Shown one piece after another: positions 1 to 13,000 of a stretch of DNA of 64,000 bases. The stretch is from Macrostomum lignano (Eukaryota). Under the pieces are notes generated by a model, which saw nothing but the letters and a program-made list of their open reading frames with translations, searched no databases and was not told where the DNA came from. Every line of letters begins with the position of its first letter. Within the stretch, counting starts at the first letter, position 1. The stretch covers positions 319,684 through 383,683 of the forward strand of contig NIVC01000232.1 of the NCBI GenBank assembly GCA_002269645.1, in the 5' to 3' direction. The position numbers were made by a program, and so were the translations under genes.

Positions 1-790
1 ATCTCAGAGGGAGAATCTCAGAGGGAGAATCTCAGCGGGAGAATCTTAGAAGGAGAATCTCAAAGGAGGAATCTCAGAGGGAGAAGCTCAGGGGAAGAAT
101 CTCAGAAGGAGAATCTCAGAGGAAGAATCACAGAGGGAGAATCTCATCAGGAGAATCTCAGAAGGAGAATCTCAGAGGGAGAATCTCAAAGGAGGAATCT
201 CAGCGGGAGAATCTCAGAAGGAGAATCTCAGAGGAAGAATCACAGAGGGAGAATCTCAGAGGGAGAATCTCAGAGGGAGAATCTCAGCGGGAGAATCTTA
301 GAAGGAGAATCTCAAAGGAGGAATCTCAGAGGGAGAAGCTCAGGGGAAGAATCTCAGAAGGAGAATCTCAGAGGAAGAATCACAGAGGGAGAATCTCAGA
401 GGGAGAATCTCAGAGGAAGAATCACAGAGGGAGAATCTCATCAGGAGAATCTTAGAAGGAGAATCTCAAAGGAGGAATCTCAGAGGGAGGAAGCTCAGGG
501 GAAGAATCTCAGAAGGAGAATCTCAGAGGAAGAATCACAGAGGGAGAATCTCATCAGGAGAATCTCAGAAGGAGAATCTCAGGAGAATCTCAGAAGGAGA
601 ATCTCAGAAGGAGAATCTCAGAAGGAGAATCTCAGCGGGAGAATCTCAGCGGGAGAGAATCTCAGAAGGAGAATCTCAGGAGGAGAATCTCAGAAGGAGA
701 ATCTCAGAGGGAGAATCTCAAAGGAGGAATCTCAGCGGGAGAATCTCAGAGGGAGAATCTCAGAGGGAGAATCTCAGAGGGAGAATCTCA
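1..790. repeat. Minisatellite, ~14-15 bp unit (GGAGAATCTCAGAG), truncated by the window start
   Basis: GAGAATCTCA core repeats continuously up to 790. Confidence 0.95.
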
Positions 791-1610
791 TCCTGCCAAT
801 ATTATCATGAGCATCTCAACGGGAGAATCTCAGTGGTACAGAACATTTGCAAGAATTGCAAGAGGATAAACAGAGTGTCATGTACAAAAAAGTGTGTTAA
901 TTTTTTGAAATTAGAATTAAAACGTTCCAATTCTTGTTTATTTGGATAGCGGATTTCTAAAAATAAAATAATGTACGCTCGTAACTGCTTGAATTTACGT
1001 AAGACTGCTTTATTGTGATGATCTTGGTGTATCTTTAGAAGCAAAAAATGTCAAACTTACTACTAAAGTGAGTAGTTGATTTAAGGAATGTGATTTTAAT
1101 AAGTTTTGCGAAAATTTCTATTTTATTAAATATTAGAAGATAGCTAAAACATTCCTTTCGATAAAAATTAATTTTTTTAATATTGCATGCACACATACTC
1201 TCGTACATCACATCTGTGAATGATAAAACTGCGAATTTGTAATCAGAAAAATAGAGATAATTAGGCTTGCATTATATAAAGTATGAAGTGTACAACTTAA
1301 ACGACAAAAATCTGTGATTATAGTTGTATGTCATCTATTAAGATTGAACTATAAAAATTTGTTAAAGACTCGTAACTTGAAGTCATGTAAGATTTGTTTT
1401 AATGATTGAATAAATATGTTTTGCTAAAATAATATTTAAATTGGCGCCGTCGCAATTTTAAGCCATCGCCGGTATTGCCCTAAAAAATCGTAATTTTAAA
1501 CCAGTAGTTTTTGTTTTAATGATTAAATAAATATGTTTGCGTAAAATTCAAATTCAAATTGGTGCCGTTGCAACTTCAAGCCGTCACGGATATAGCTCCA
1601 GAAAATCCTT

Positions 1611-2234
1611 TTACATCGGAGTTACTGGCCGATTTTTTATGTACTCGGCCAGTTTGGCGTTGCCAGCCAGCACGCGCTTCTTCAGCTCCGTCAGCTCGGG
1701 ATACTTGGCCAGTAGGTCCGGCATGTTGGCCAGGCTGTCAAGAATGTTCAGGCAGCCCAGATCGGCCAGGCTAAGCGACTTGCCGGCAAAGTACTGACCG
1801 CCAGCCTGCTTGAGAAAGTCAACCAGGCCAGACAGCAGCTTCGGTCCCTTCTCAGCCTGGAACTCCTTCAACAGATCCGGCTTCTTATCCTCGGGAGCCA
1901 TCATGAACTTGACAAGCTCCATGAAAATGTCGTCAAGCTGGCACATCGCTCGCTCAACCAAATAGTATTCCCAATCGTTGGATCCCATCAGACCGGCCTT
2001 CTTAGCATAGTACCTAGCGATAGCGCCGCTCTGGGCTAGCAGACCTTTGCTTTTGTCTCCAGTATCAACGAAGGGCATCACACCAGTTGGCGAGTTCTTC
2101 TTCTGCTCGGCCCATTGCTCTTTAGTGAGTCGGATGTCCTCGAAATCGATTTTGCCAGCGGCGAAGACCAGACGGATTAGTTCGCCACGACCGCGGACAC
2201 CGAAATAATACAGCTTAGGCTTGGCTGTGGACAT
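1611..2234 (-). CDS. Glutathione S-transferase, sigma class, 207 aa, intronless
   Basis: N-terminal KLYYFGVRGRGELIRL carries the catalytic Tyr; cis-Pro motif PTGVMPF; QSGAIARY signature; C-terminal SLADL N-cap; typical length and C-terminal YIKNRPVTPM. Confidence 0.93.
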   Translation of the reverse strand: MSTAKPKLYYFGVRGRGELIRLVFAAGKIDFEDIRLTKEQWAEQKKNSPTGVMPFVDTGDKSKGLLAQSGAIARYYAKKAGLMGSNDWEYYLVERAMCQLDDIFMELVKFMMAPEDKKPDLLKEFQAEKGPKLLSGLVDFLKQAGGQYFAGKSLSLADLGCLNILDSLANMPDLLAKYPELTELKKRVLAGNAKLAEYIKNRPVTPM

Positions 2235-2310
2235 GTTTAGTCTTGACTATAACGTATTAATCTGCTTTCGGAGCGGAGTTCATGTAGTTTTGCTTTCTCA
2301 ACGATCGCAT

Positions 2311-2317
2311 ATTTATA
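2311..2317 (-). promoter_or_regulatory. Probable TATA box of the GST gene
   Basis: TATAAAT on the - strand, 77 nt upstream of the GST ATG at 2234. Confidence 0.5.
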
Positions 2318-2691
2318 TTAAGCGGGACCGGCCGGGGTAGCAGGCAGACAGGCTGACAGGCAGGCTGTCAACCCCTGCATGGACTGAAGATTTGTTTGCT
2401 AAGAGGGTATACGTTGAGCAGACGTAGTCGCCACGAACAATGTAGAGTACTGCCCGAGAGACAGAGCTAGTCTATACAGAGGCCAAGTGAGGCAATGAAT
2501 CGTAGGGTGTACGTACCTGTCCCGTGTTTTCCCAGGGGAGACTTAGGGTGCAGACAGTGTTGGCAGAGAATACAGAAAAGTTGGGACTGCATGGAAGCCA
2601 GGGTACTTTTAGCTCGCTTCAGGTGCACTGTTTGCCATCGGGCTGCCTGCATGGCGGAAAAGAGAAAATAGTCATCAATCAGCCTATCGAC

Positions 2692-2706
2692 CTATCTATC
2701 TATCTG

Positions 2707-2761
<55 letters not shown>

Positions 2762-2842
2762 GTCTATCTATCTATCTATCTGTCTATCTATCTACCTATC
2801 TATTTATCTATTTATCTATCTATCTATCTATCTATCTATCTG

Positions 2843-2878
<36 letters not shown>

Positions 2879-2954
2879 CCTATCTATTTATGTATCTATC
2901 TATCTATCTGTCTATCTATCTATCTGTCTATCTGTCTAACTATCTATCTATCTG

Positions 2955-2991
<37 letters not shown>

Positions 2992-3014
2992 TTATGTATC
3001 TATCTATATATCTG

Positions 3015-3057
<43 letters not shown>

Positions 3058-3078
3058 GTCTATCTATCTGTCTATCTG

Positions 3079-3143
<65 letters not shown>

Positions 3144-3185
3144 GTATCTATCTATCTATCTGTCTATCTATCTATCTATCTATCA

Positions 3186-3237
<52 letters not shown>

Positions 3238-3246
3238 GTCTATCTG

Positions 3247-3329
<83 letters not shown>

Positions 3330-3366
3330 GTCTATCTATCTATCTGTCTATCTATCTATCTATCTG

Positions 3367-3398
<32 letters not shown>

Positions 3399-3474
3399 CC
3401 TATCTATTTATGTATCTATCTATCTATCTGTCTATCTATCTATCTGTCTATCTGTCTAACTATCTATCTATCTG

Positions 3475-3507
<33 letters not shown>

Positions 3508-3530
3508 TTATGTATCTATCTATCTATCTG

Positions 3531-3563
<33 letters not shown>

Positions 3564-3830
3564 TTATGTATCTATCTATCTATCTGTCTATCTGTCTATC
3601 TATCTATCTATCTGTCTATCTGTCTATCTATCTATCTATGTATCTATCTATCTATCTGTCTATCTATCTATCTGTCTATCTATCTATCTATCTGTCTATC
3701 TATCTATCTATCTATCTATCTATGTATCTATCTATCTATCTGTCTATCTATCTATCTGTCTATCTGTCTATCTATCTATCTATCTGTCTATCTATCTATC
3801 CATATGTCTATTTATGTATCTATCTAACTC

Positions 3831-3885
<55 letters not shown>

Positions 3886-3906
3886 GTCTATCTATCTGTC
3901 TATCTG

Positions 3907-3951
<45 letters not shown>

Positions 3952-4014
3952 GTATCTATCTATCTATCTGTCTATCTATCTATCTGTCTATCTATCTATC
4001 TATCTATCTATCTG

Positions 4015-4051
<37 letters not shown>

Positions 4052-4158
4052 GTATCTATCTATCTATCTGTCTATCTATCTATCTGTCTATCTGTCTATC
4101 TATCTATCTATCTGTCTATCTATCTATCCATATGTCTATTTATGTATCTATCTAACTC

Positions 4159-4217
<59 letters not shown>

Positions 4218-4350
4218 GTCTATCTATCTATCTGTCTATCTGTCTATCTATCTATCTATCTGTCTGTCTATCTATCTATCTATCTCTCTATCTATCTGTC
4301 TATTTATGTATCTATCTATTTATCTATTTGCATATCTATACATTTATCTA
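2692..4350. repeat. (TATC)n/(GATA)n microsatellite, ~1.66 kb, with TGTC/TATG variants
   Basis: Seen directly; it accounts for the spurious YLSI ORFs. Confidence 0.98.
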
Positions 4351-4732
4351 AAAGTAAAAAAAATTGAAGCAGTTTGCAATGAACTTCACAACCTTTTAGA
4401 TGCAGACGGGTGAATAACAGAGTGCTAACAAAACGTACTTAGCAGCGCTTCTGTTTAAAAGCTTAATTAAATTGTCGAAGAGATGCTATTGTATCTTTTT
4501 TGTGAAATAACACGCGATGGTCAGAAGAGAGTAATTTACCTGAATCTCAGAGCATGTGCAACACCTGAAGGTTTTTAGTAATTATCGCACAACTGATGTG
4601 TCATAATTGCATGTATGAATCAGGCTCAGTACAGGGTAAAAGTAAAAGTACAAAAGTAAAAGTAAATAAAATAAAAAGTACAAAGTACAAGGAATACCAC
4701 GAGACAGTGGCAGCTCCAGAACAGCCTGTCTC

Positions 4733-4806
4733 CTAATGGGCGCCCCTGTCTCTTAATGGGCGCCCCTGTCTCTTAATGGGCGCCTCTGGTCTCTTGGTGG
4801 GCGCCT
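4733..4806. repeat. Short tandem repeat, ~20 bp unit CTAATGGGCGCCCCTGTCTC, 3-4 copies
   Basis: Seen directly. Confidence 0.8.
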
Positions 4807-5562
4807 AAAACTACGGTTTTGTTAACTCTCAACTCAATGCTCTGTTTTAAAATACAACATCCTTAATAGCAAGCGTATTTCGAATAATACTTCCTTTAAG
4901 CATTTGGCTTCAATAAAAAATAACAAAGAAGTCAAATAAAGGCAGCAAAATTAATTTTTTTAAATTTGTAAACTCACTGTCGACAGGGTTGCCAAAGATT
5001 TTGTTATAAAATTTTTATTAATATTTTTCAGACGGACAATAGCAGTACAGCCGCAAGTGTAATTTGCCATAAAGTCTACTTATAGTAAGTAGGTACGCAG
5101 TTGAATGAAGATAACAGTTTAATTTAAAGAAAATTCCCACACACGATTCAACATGTACAGAAAATAGGATAAATTTATTAAATAAAAACTTGCAATCAGA
5201 CACTGTAGCATAATGATACAATACTTACGGACTAAAATCAGATTTTAACAAATGGTAGAGAGTGCATAAATGACGTTCATTTAAAAAGTCAAATAAAAAT
5301 GAACTTGGAGAACACATTTGAAATATATAAAAAACACATGGCCATGTTAGATAGGCTACCGTAATAAAGCAAGGTATGTTTAAAGTAGGAATGTTATCGA
5401 TTTCTGATCAAATTCTCACAATTTAGTATGATTTTACCGCAACAGTGTAAATTTAAGATAAAAATTTTAATTTGTATATTATACCAATTAATATTTAAAC
5501 AAAGACAAACACGGAATGCATAAATTATAGTTAAGACTACCTTGTAGATTTTTTTGCAACGT

Positions 5563-6116
5563 TTATGGCCCAAAGACAATCGGGTGTTCGGGTCTGAGGT
5601 GTCTATGGCCAAAAGACACAAACTTGGGTGTTAGGGTTTGAAGGGTCTATGGCCAAAAGACACAAACCCTCGGGTGTTCGGGGTCTGAGGTGTCTATGGC
5701 CAAAAGACACAAACTCGGGTGTTAGGGTTTGAAGGGTCTATGGCCAAAAGACACAAACCCTCGGGCATTCGGGTCTGAGGTGTCTATGGCCAAAAGACAC
5801 AAACTCGGGTGTTAGGGTTTGAAGGGTCTATGGCCAAAAGACACAAACCCTCGGGTGTTCGAGGTCTGAGGTGTCTATGGCCAAAGACACAAACTCAGGC
5901 ATTCGGGTTTGAAGTGTCTATGGTCAAAAGACACAAACACGGGTGTTAGGGTTTGAAGTGTCTATGGCCAAAAGACACAAACCCTCGGGCATTCGGGTCT
6001 GAGTTGTCTATGGCCAAAAGACACAAACTCGGGTGTTAGGGTCTAAGATGTCTATGGGCAAAAAACGTATTCGGTGTAGGGGTCTGGGGTGTCAGGTGTC
6101 TATGGCCAAAAGACAC
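5563..6116. repeat. Satellite with alternating ~44-46 bp units; hairpin core GTGTCT-ATGGCCAAA-AGACAC
   Basis: Two unit types alternate; GTGTCT and AGACAC are reverse complements. Confidence 0.9.
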
Positions 6117-6240
6117 CCTCAATCTGTTGGAGTAGAGGTGTTGGCTTCTCTTGCATCGTTAATGACTCCCCCTAGTAGATGCACTGTCAATAACTTGATT
6201 TACACTTACTACAGCAATAAAACTGTCAAAAAACCACAAT

Positions 6241-9080
6241 TTATCTCAGCAGAGCCAGCACCAGAAGCAGCAGCCCAGTCAGGCACAGGGTAGACGCGGA
6301 CGCAGCCAAAGATTTAGAGCTATTGCATCCATCTTTATCCGAACAATAGCAAGTCTCTCTATAGACTCCCATATCAACGAATCTGTAATTGCAGCCCCAG
6401 GCAATTCGCTCCGGTCGAGAGCCGCATCTTCGTGTAACCTTAATCCAAGAATGCCAACCAGTGCTTTCCTGATAGATTTTCACACAGAAAGTGCCGGGCA
6501 CGCGAGCCTGAAAGCTGGTGCAGTCGATCAGAGCGTTGGTGCGCTGATCGAAATAGCGACTGTCGGGACAAGAGCTGTCTTCTTGGCTGTCGCATTGATA
6601 GCACATGATGGCCGAGCTGGGGTCTGTGGCGAATTTGGAAAGAGAGCTTACGTTTATTTATGTGTCAGATATAATGCAGTTTGCTAAATAAATATTGAAC
6701 AGATTTCTATCTGAGACGTCTATGGCCCACAAACACCCCTGGATGTTGGTTGAAGTAAAGTGTCTGTGATGTCTATGGCCCAAAGACACTACTGGATGTT
6801 GGTTGAAGTAAAGTGTCTGTGATGTCTATGGCCCAAAGACACTACTGGATGTTGGTTGAAGTAAAGTGTCTGTGATGTCTATGGCCCAAAGACACTACTG
6901 GATGTTGGTTGAAGTAAAGTGTCTGTGATGTCTATGGCCCAAAGACACTACTGGATGTTGGTTGAAGTAAAGTGTCTGTGATGTCTATGGCCCAAAGACA
7001 CTACTGGATGTTGGTTGAAGTAAAGTGTCTGTGATGTCTATGGCCCAAAGACACTACTGGATGTTGGTTGAAGTAAAGTGTCTGTGATGTCTATGGCCCA
7101 AAGACACTACTGGATGTTGGTTGAAGTAAAGTGTCTGTGATGTCTATGGCCCAAAGACACTACTGGATGTTGGTTGAAGTAAAGTGTCTGTGATGTCTAT
7201 GGCCCAAAGACACTACTGGATGTTGGTTGAAGTAAAGTGTCTGTGATGTCTATGGCCCAAAGACACTACTGGATGTTGGTTGAAGTAAAGTGTCTGTGAT
7301 GTCTATGGCCCAAAGACACTACTGGATGTTGGTTGAAGTAAAGTGTCTGTGATGTCTATGGCCCAAAGACACTACTGGATGTTGGTTGAAGTAAAGTGTC
7401 TGTGATGTCTATGGCCCAAAGACACTACTGGATGTTGGTTGAAGTAAAGTGTCTGTGATGTCTATGGCCCAAAGACACTACTGGATGTTGGTTGAAGTAA
7501 AGTGTCTGTGATGTCTATGGCCCAAAGACACTACTGGATGTTGGTTGAAGTAAAGTGTCTGAGATGTCTATGGCCGAAAGACACTCCTGTATGCTGGAGT
7601 AAATTAAAGTGTCTGTGACGTCTATAGCTCAAAGACACTTCTGAATGTTGGTTGAAGTAAAGTTTCCATGATGTCGATGGCCTAAAGACTCCCCTGGGTG
7701 TTGGATTGAAGTGTCTGAGATGTCTATGGCCCAAAGACAACGTCTGGATGTGGAAGTAAGGTTTCTAAGATATCTATGGCATAAATAAACCCCTGAATAT
7801 TGGTTGAATTAAAATGTCTCAGAAATCTAAAGCCCAAAGACACCCTAGATGTTGGTTGGAGCGAAGTGTCTCAGATGACTATGGTCCAAAGACACCCCTA
7901 GATGTTGGAATGAAGTTTCTGAAATGTCTATAGCCCAAAGACACTAGCTCTACTAGATGTTGGAGTGAAGTATTTAAGATGTTTATGGCTCAAAGACATC
8001 CCTAGATATTGGTTGGAAAAAGTGTCTAAGATGTCTATAGACTAAAAAGATCCTTGGATATTGGAGTAAAGTGTCTGCAATGTCTATTGTCCAAAGACAC
8101 CCCTAAATGTTAGTTAAAATGAGTGTCTGAGATTTCTTTGGCCTAAAAAAATCAAAAGTTTCACATTACAATAAGCTTTGAACTATTATGAACAATGAGA
8201 TCTTAAATAACAAAAAGACAAGACTAGTATTTAAGTTCCTTATGTTTATTAGCTAACATTATCTACTAAGATAAACTAAGCTAAATTAAACACATTCAAA
8301 TTTATATTTAACTATAAAACTTTTAATTAAAAGTAGATAAAAAGATAGAATACAATGTTTGGCTATCCTATAGTTTCGCACGTTTAATTATAACCCCCAC
8401 CCCCCACCACCCTTGAATAGAGGGCGAAATAATTCCGTAAAATAATTTAACGTGCGAAACTACAGGATAGCCCAATGTTTTAATGTAATATTATTGGCTA
8501 ATTAAAGTAGATAGCCTATTGACCATACAATAAAAGTTCAAATGATCAAATAGCCTCTGGATAAAAAAAATTGAACAATACTTAGCATTTAATCTTTTCT
8601 CTAAGATCATTATATCTATAATAAATATGCAATGCAATGTGTCAATGGGCATAGCAAAATTTTATACTTAGATCTACTAGACCATTTATATAGTTATTGT
8701 CATCATAACTCTACAACTAAGTAAATAGGCTATCAAGTTGAATTTGTTATATTAAATTGGTTATTATATAAGAAATCTACTATATTTGACTCCTGCTTGC
8801 TAATTTTAACTTGCAATTGCAATGATTGTAAATATGGTATTGATAGTAAATAAATCATGTGACTTAGACTGGAGTTTAAATAACTTGTTTTCTTAATTGG
8901 ATAAAAATTTGAAGACTAAATTCTTAAATTCGACCATTCTGAATTATCATAGAGTGAGACCATATGGCACAATCATGGGTATAGTTTAAAAAGATTTCAG
9001 CAATAACTTCGTCTTTACTTACCGACTTGTATTGCTAACAATAGCAACGCTAGAAGCGATGCATAGTGATAGAGAGCCAT
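6241..9080 (-). CDS. Quiver/sleepless-type Ly6/uPAR three-finger protein, 146 aa, predicted GPI-anchored; exons 9080-9023 and 6623-6241
   Basis: Exon 1 encodes signal peptide MALYHYASLLALLLLAIQV and ends G|gtaagt. Exon 2 follows acceptor ccacag|AC in matching phase 1. There are ten Cys, from CYQC to DGCN, then a hydrophobic C-terminal GPI signal. Confidence 0.88.
6712..8145. repeat. Intronic 53-bp satellite: ~16 near-perfect copies to ~7565, then degenerate copies
   Basis: Unit GTCTATGGCCCAAAGACACTACTGGATGTTGGTTGAAGTAAAGTGTCTGTGAT; period measured between 6771 and 6824. Confidence 0.95.
8361..8472. mobile_element. 112-bp MITE with ~30-bp TIRs and 8-bp TSD CAATGTTT (GG termini, Merlin-like)
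   Basis: GGCTATCCTATAGTTTCGCACGTTTAATTA matches the reverse complement of the right end with 2 mismatches. CAATGTTT lies at 8353-8360 and 8473-8480. Confidence 0.85.
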
Positions 9081-10015
9081 GGAGCTTATCAATTTTACTC
9101 GCAAAACATAAAACGTTAAATTCAAACACAATCGAATCAATAGCAAATAGAGATTAATATACTGAATACAAATTTAAATAGTTCAAACTTAGGAAAAACT
9201 TACAAAAACAGTGATATTTAAATCGGAACAATAGGAAGTACGCGGCATTTTTTGTCAGAGAGTATGTTAAGCTCTGTTTACTCCAAATCAAACCAATTAT
9301 AGATTTTTCTCTATTAGAGTAGTTTATAAACCACTGTTTTGCAAAAAGATTTTGCGCAAGTTTTACTTTGTTTAAAATGCTGCACAACCAACGCCGCACC
9401 ATTTTGTCTTGAAAAATTCTAACTCTTTTGTAAAGCTTAACGCATTTTTGCACCTTTATCCTTTTTATTCTCCTATAATGTGAGAGCAGCGCAATTAATG
9501 TAATTATTTTTGTCACGTTTATATACTAATATAAATTGTAAGGAACATAACAAGTTTCATGAATAATGAATATTGGCTTGCCATGATGCTTTTTATTCAA
9601 TAACTATCCAGTTTATTTCAAAATGAAAAATAGACTGTATGTATTTTAATGTATTGCAAAAAATCTATTCGAATTTGCATTTTCAGTATTCTTTACCACC
9701 CTTAGATTTCCTCATTTTAAGACATTTTACTTTCGTTCAAACATTCGTTAAATAGCAATTGCGATTTCACTTGAATAAAGTTTTCACAGCAGCACTGAGA
9801 TCTAGCTCGTAAATCATACCTGAAATTTAAGACTTAGCAGGAAAATTAATTGGCATCGCCTTTGCAGGTTATAGGTCTTTCTTTAATTCTACTAAGGTTC
9901 TACTTTTTTCAGGATTAATTCAGTTTGTAGCTCAGCATTTTAGATATATAGTTATCAAACTTATTAATTAGAATGAAATAATTTCATACTCAATAATTTG
10001 TCATTTTCAGCAATC

Positions 10016-13000
10016 ATGGCTCACTTACTTGGCAGTGAATATTGTTTAAAAAGTCTTTCAAGCGACGCCCGCGACTTGCACAACGTACTGCAGGAGCTCA
10101 TAGCCAAGGCCGGGCCTGTGCCTGTGATGTCATGGAAATTTCCTGACAAGAAAGCGTGCGATCTCGACATTCCCTACTTGCTTCAGCAGTATGCATTCTG
10201 TATGGACGAGCCAGAGGCTAATCAAGTGTCACACATAGTGCTGTTGGAGCTTGTTATTGACAGGTAATATATACTGTATGTAATATATAATATATAACAC
10301 AGGTATTCACTTCAGGACACAGGTATTCACTTCAGGACAAGGGTAGTCACTTCAGGACACAGGTATTCACTTCAGGACAAGGGTACTCACTTCAGGACAC
10401 AGGTATTCACTTCAGGGCACAGGTACTCACTTCAGGACACAGGTATTCACTTCAGGACACAGGTATTCACTTCAGGACACAGGTATTCACTTCAGGACAC
10501 AGGTACTCACTTCATGACAGGTATTCACTTCAAGACAAGGGTACTCACTTCATGACAGGTATTCACTTCAGGCCAAGGGTACTCACTTCAGGACACAGGT
10601 ATTCACTTCAGGACACAGGTATTCACTTCAGGACAAGGGTACTCACTTCAGGACACAGGTATTCACTTCAGGACAAGGGTACTCACTTCAGGACACAGGT
10701 ATTCACTTCAGGACACAGGTACTCACTTCAGGACGCAGGTATTCACTTCAGGACACAGGTATTCACTTCAGGACACAGGTATTTACTTCAGGACACAGGT
10801 AATCACTTCAAAACACAAGTTATCACTTCAGAGCACAGATTTTTAAATATTTTCTAATCCGTTTGTATTGTTTTCAATGACAGGTCACAGTTTTATTTTA
10901 AATATAATTGGTTTAAATTAATAAAACAGGTACAATCTGCTGCTACAAGTGCTGTCCCAGTTTATCCTGACTCATCTCCCCGCTGAAGCCGGCCAATCAA
11001 GCGGCAGTCAGACTCACGCTGGAGGAAGCAGTCTGGGTTTGGCGGCAAAGAAATTCTGGAATCGGATGGGGCAAATGTCGCTGCTAGTTCGGCAACTAAC
11101 AGATGAGGTGAATAGTTAGATAACAAATCATATTTTTCTGGAATTCGCTAGCGATACTACTGTTAGTGACGTAAGCGAAAATTTTGTATCTAAAATAGGC
11201 GCTAATTTCAGTATCAAAATGAGTGCCAATTTTAGTATCAAAAGTGGCGCCAATTTCAGTATCAAAATGAGTGCCAATTTTAGTATCAAAAGTGGCGCCA
11301 ATTTCAGTATCAAAAGTGGCGCCAATTTCAGTATCAAACATTGGCGCCAATTTCAATATAAAAATAGCGCCAATTTCAGTATCAAAAGTGGCGCCAATTT
11401 CAGTATAAAAAATGGCGCCAATTTAAATATAAAAAATGGCGCCAACTTCAGTATAAAAAATTGCGCCAACTTCAGTATAAAAAATGGCGCCAACTTCAGT
11501 ATAAAAAAATGGCGCCAACTTCAGTATAAAAAAATGGCGCCAACTTCAGTATAAAAAAATGGCGCCAACTTCAGTATAAAAAATAGCGCCAACTTCAGTA
11601 TCAAAAAGGCGGCGCCAATTTCAGTATTAAAAATAGGCGCCAATTTCAGTATCAAAAGTGGCGCCAATTTCAGTATCAAACAATGGCGCCAATTTCAAGA
11701 TAAAAATAGCTCCAATTTCAGTATCAAAAATGGCGCCAATTTCAGTATCAAAAGTGGCGCCAATTTCATTTTCAAAAATGGCGCCAATTTCAGTATCAAA
11801 AATGGCGCCAATTTCAGTTTTAAAAAATGCGCCAATTTCAGTATTAAAAAATGGGCGCCAATTTCAGTATCAAAAATGGCGCTAATTTCAATATTGAAAG
11901 GGCGCCAATTCGAATTTCAGTTTTGTTTCTTTAACGCCACCATTGCTACTTACTGCTATGGTGTTAAACAGTAGTATGATTAGAACATTAAAAAATCTTT
12001 AAAAACATCAATTTTTGCAGGCTCGCCTAAGCGAACTCAGACAGCAACAACAGAAAGAAGAGGTCAGTCAAAATGTTGTCAAATCTAACAAAACAGACCA
12101 GAGTCCCATCAGATCAGCTGTTCCAAATTCGACTAAGTCCTGTCAGACTGTAGAAACAGCATTCGTACCCTGCGACAGTTGCTCTGAGGTGCAGCACGGG
12201 TTTTCCCGCATCAGCGCTCACCTGTCAGCTCTGTGCGAGAAGGAGCGCCTGCCGTCGTCGCTGAGAATTTATCGAGCTCAGCTGCAGCAGGCGAATGGCG
12301 GCTTCGATGGCGATTGGCTCGCCGCCAGCGACCTGGTGCGCTGGAGCGTCGAGTTGGAAAAAGAGGCTAACAGGCTTGTGAAGCATTTCAATCAGGTGAG
12401 GGATCATTAAAATCACCTGTTAGATCATTTAGAATCACCTGTCAGATCATTAGAATCACCTGTTAGATCATTAGAATCACCTGTCAGATCATTAGAATCA
12501 CCTGTTAGATCATTTAGAGGTGATTATATCACTGTTATATAATCACCTGTTAGATCATTTAAAATCACCTGTTAGATCATTTAAAATCACCTGTCAGATC
12601 ATTAGAATCACCTGTTAGATCATTAGAATCACCTGTTAGATCATTAGAATCACCTGTCAGATCATTTAGCATCACCTGTTAGATCATTTAGAATCACCTG
12701 TTAAATCATTTAGAATCACCTGTTAGATCATTAGAATCACCTGTTAGATCATTTAAAATCACCTGTTAGATAAATAGAATCACCTGTTAGATAAATAGAA
12801 TCACCTGTTAGATCATTAGAATCACCTGTTAGATAAATAGAATCACCTGTTAGATCATTAGAATCACCTGTTAGATCATTTAGAATCACCTGTTAGATCA
12901 TTTAGAATCACCTGTTAGATCATTTAGAATCACCTGTTAGATCATTTAGAATCACCTGTTAGATCATTTAGAATCACCTGTTAGATCATTTAGAATCACC

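Noticed and set aside
2524-4367. YLSI-repeat ORFs
   Set aside because: They are translations of the (TATC)n microsatellite.
4984-4995. CAGGGTTGCCA, a possible hAT left end
   Set aside because: No matching right end or TSD was found.
5563-8145. CRISPR array (palindromic repeat plus spacers)
   Set aside because: The spacers are repeated rather than unique, the context is a spliced eukaryotic gene, and there are no cas genes.
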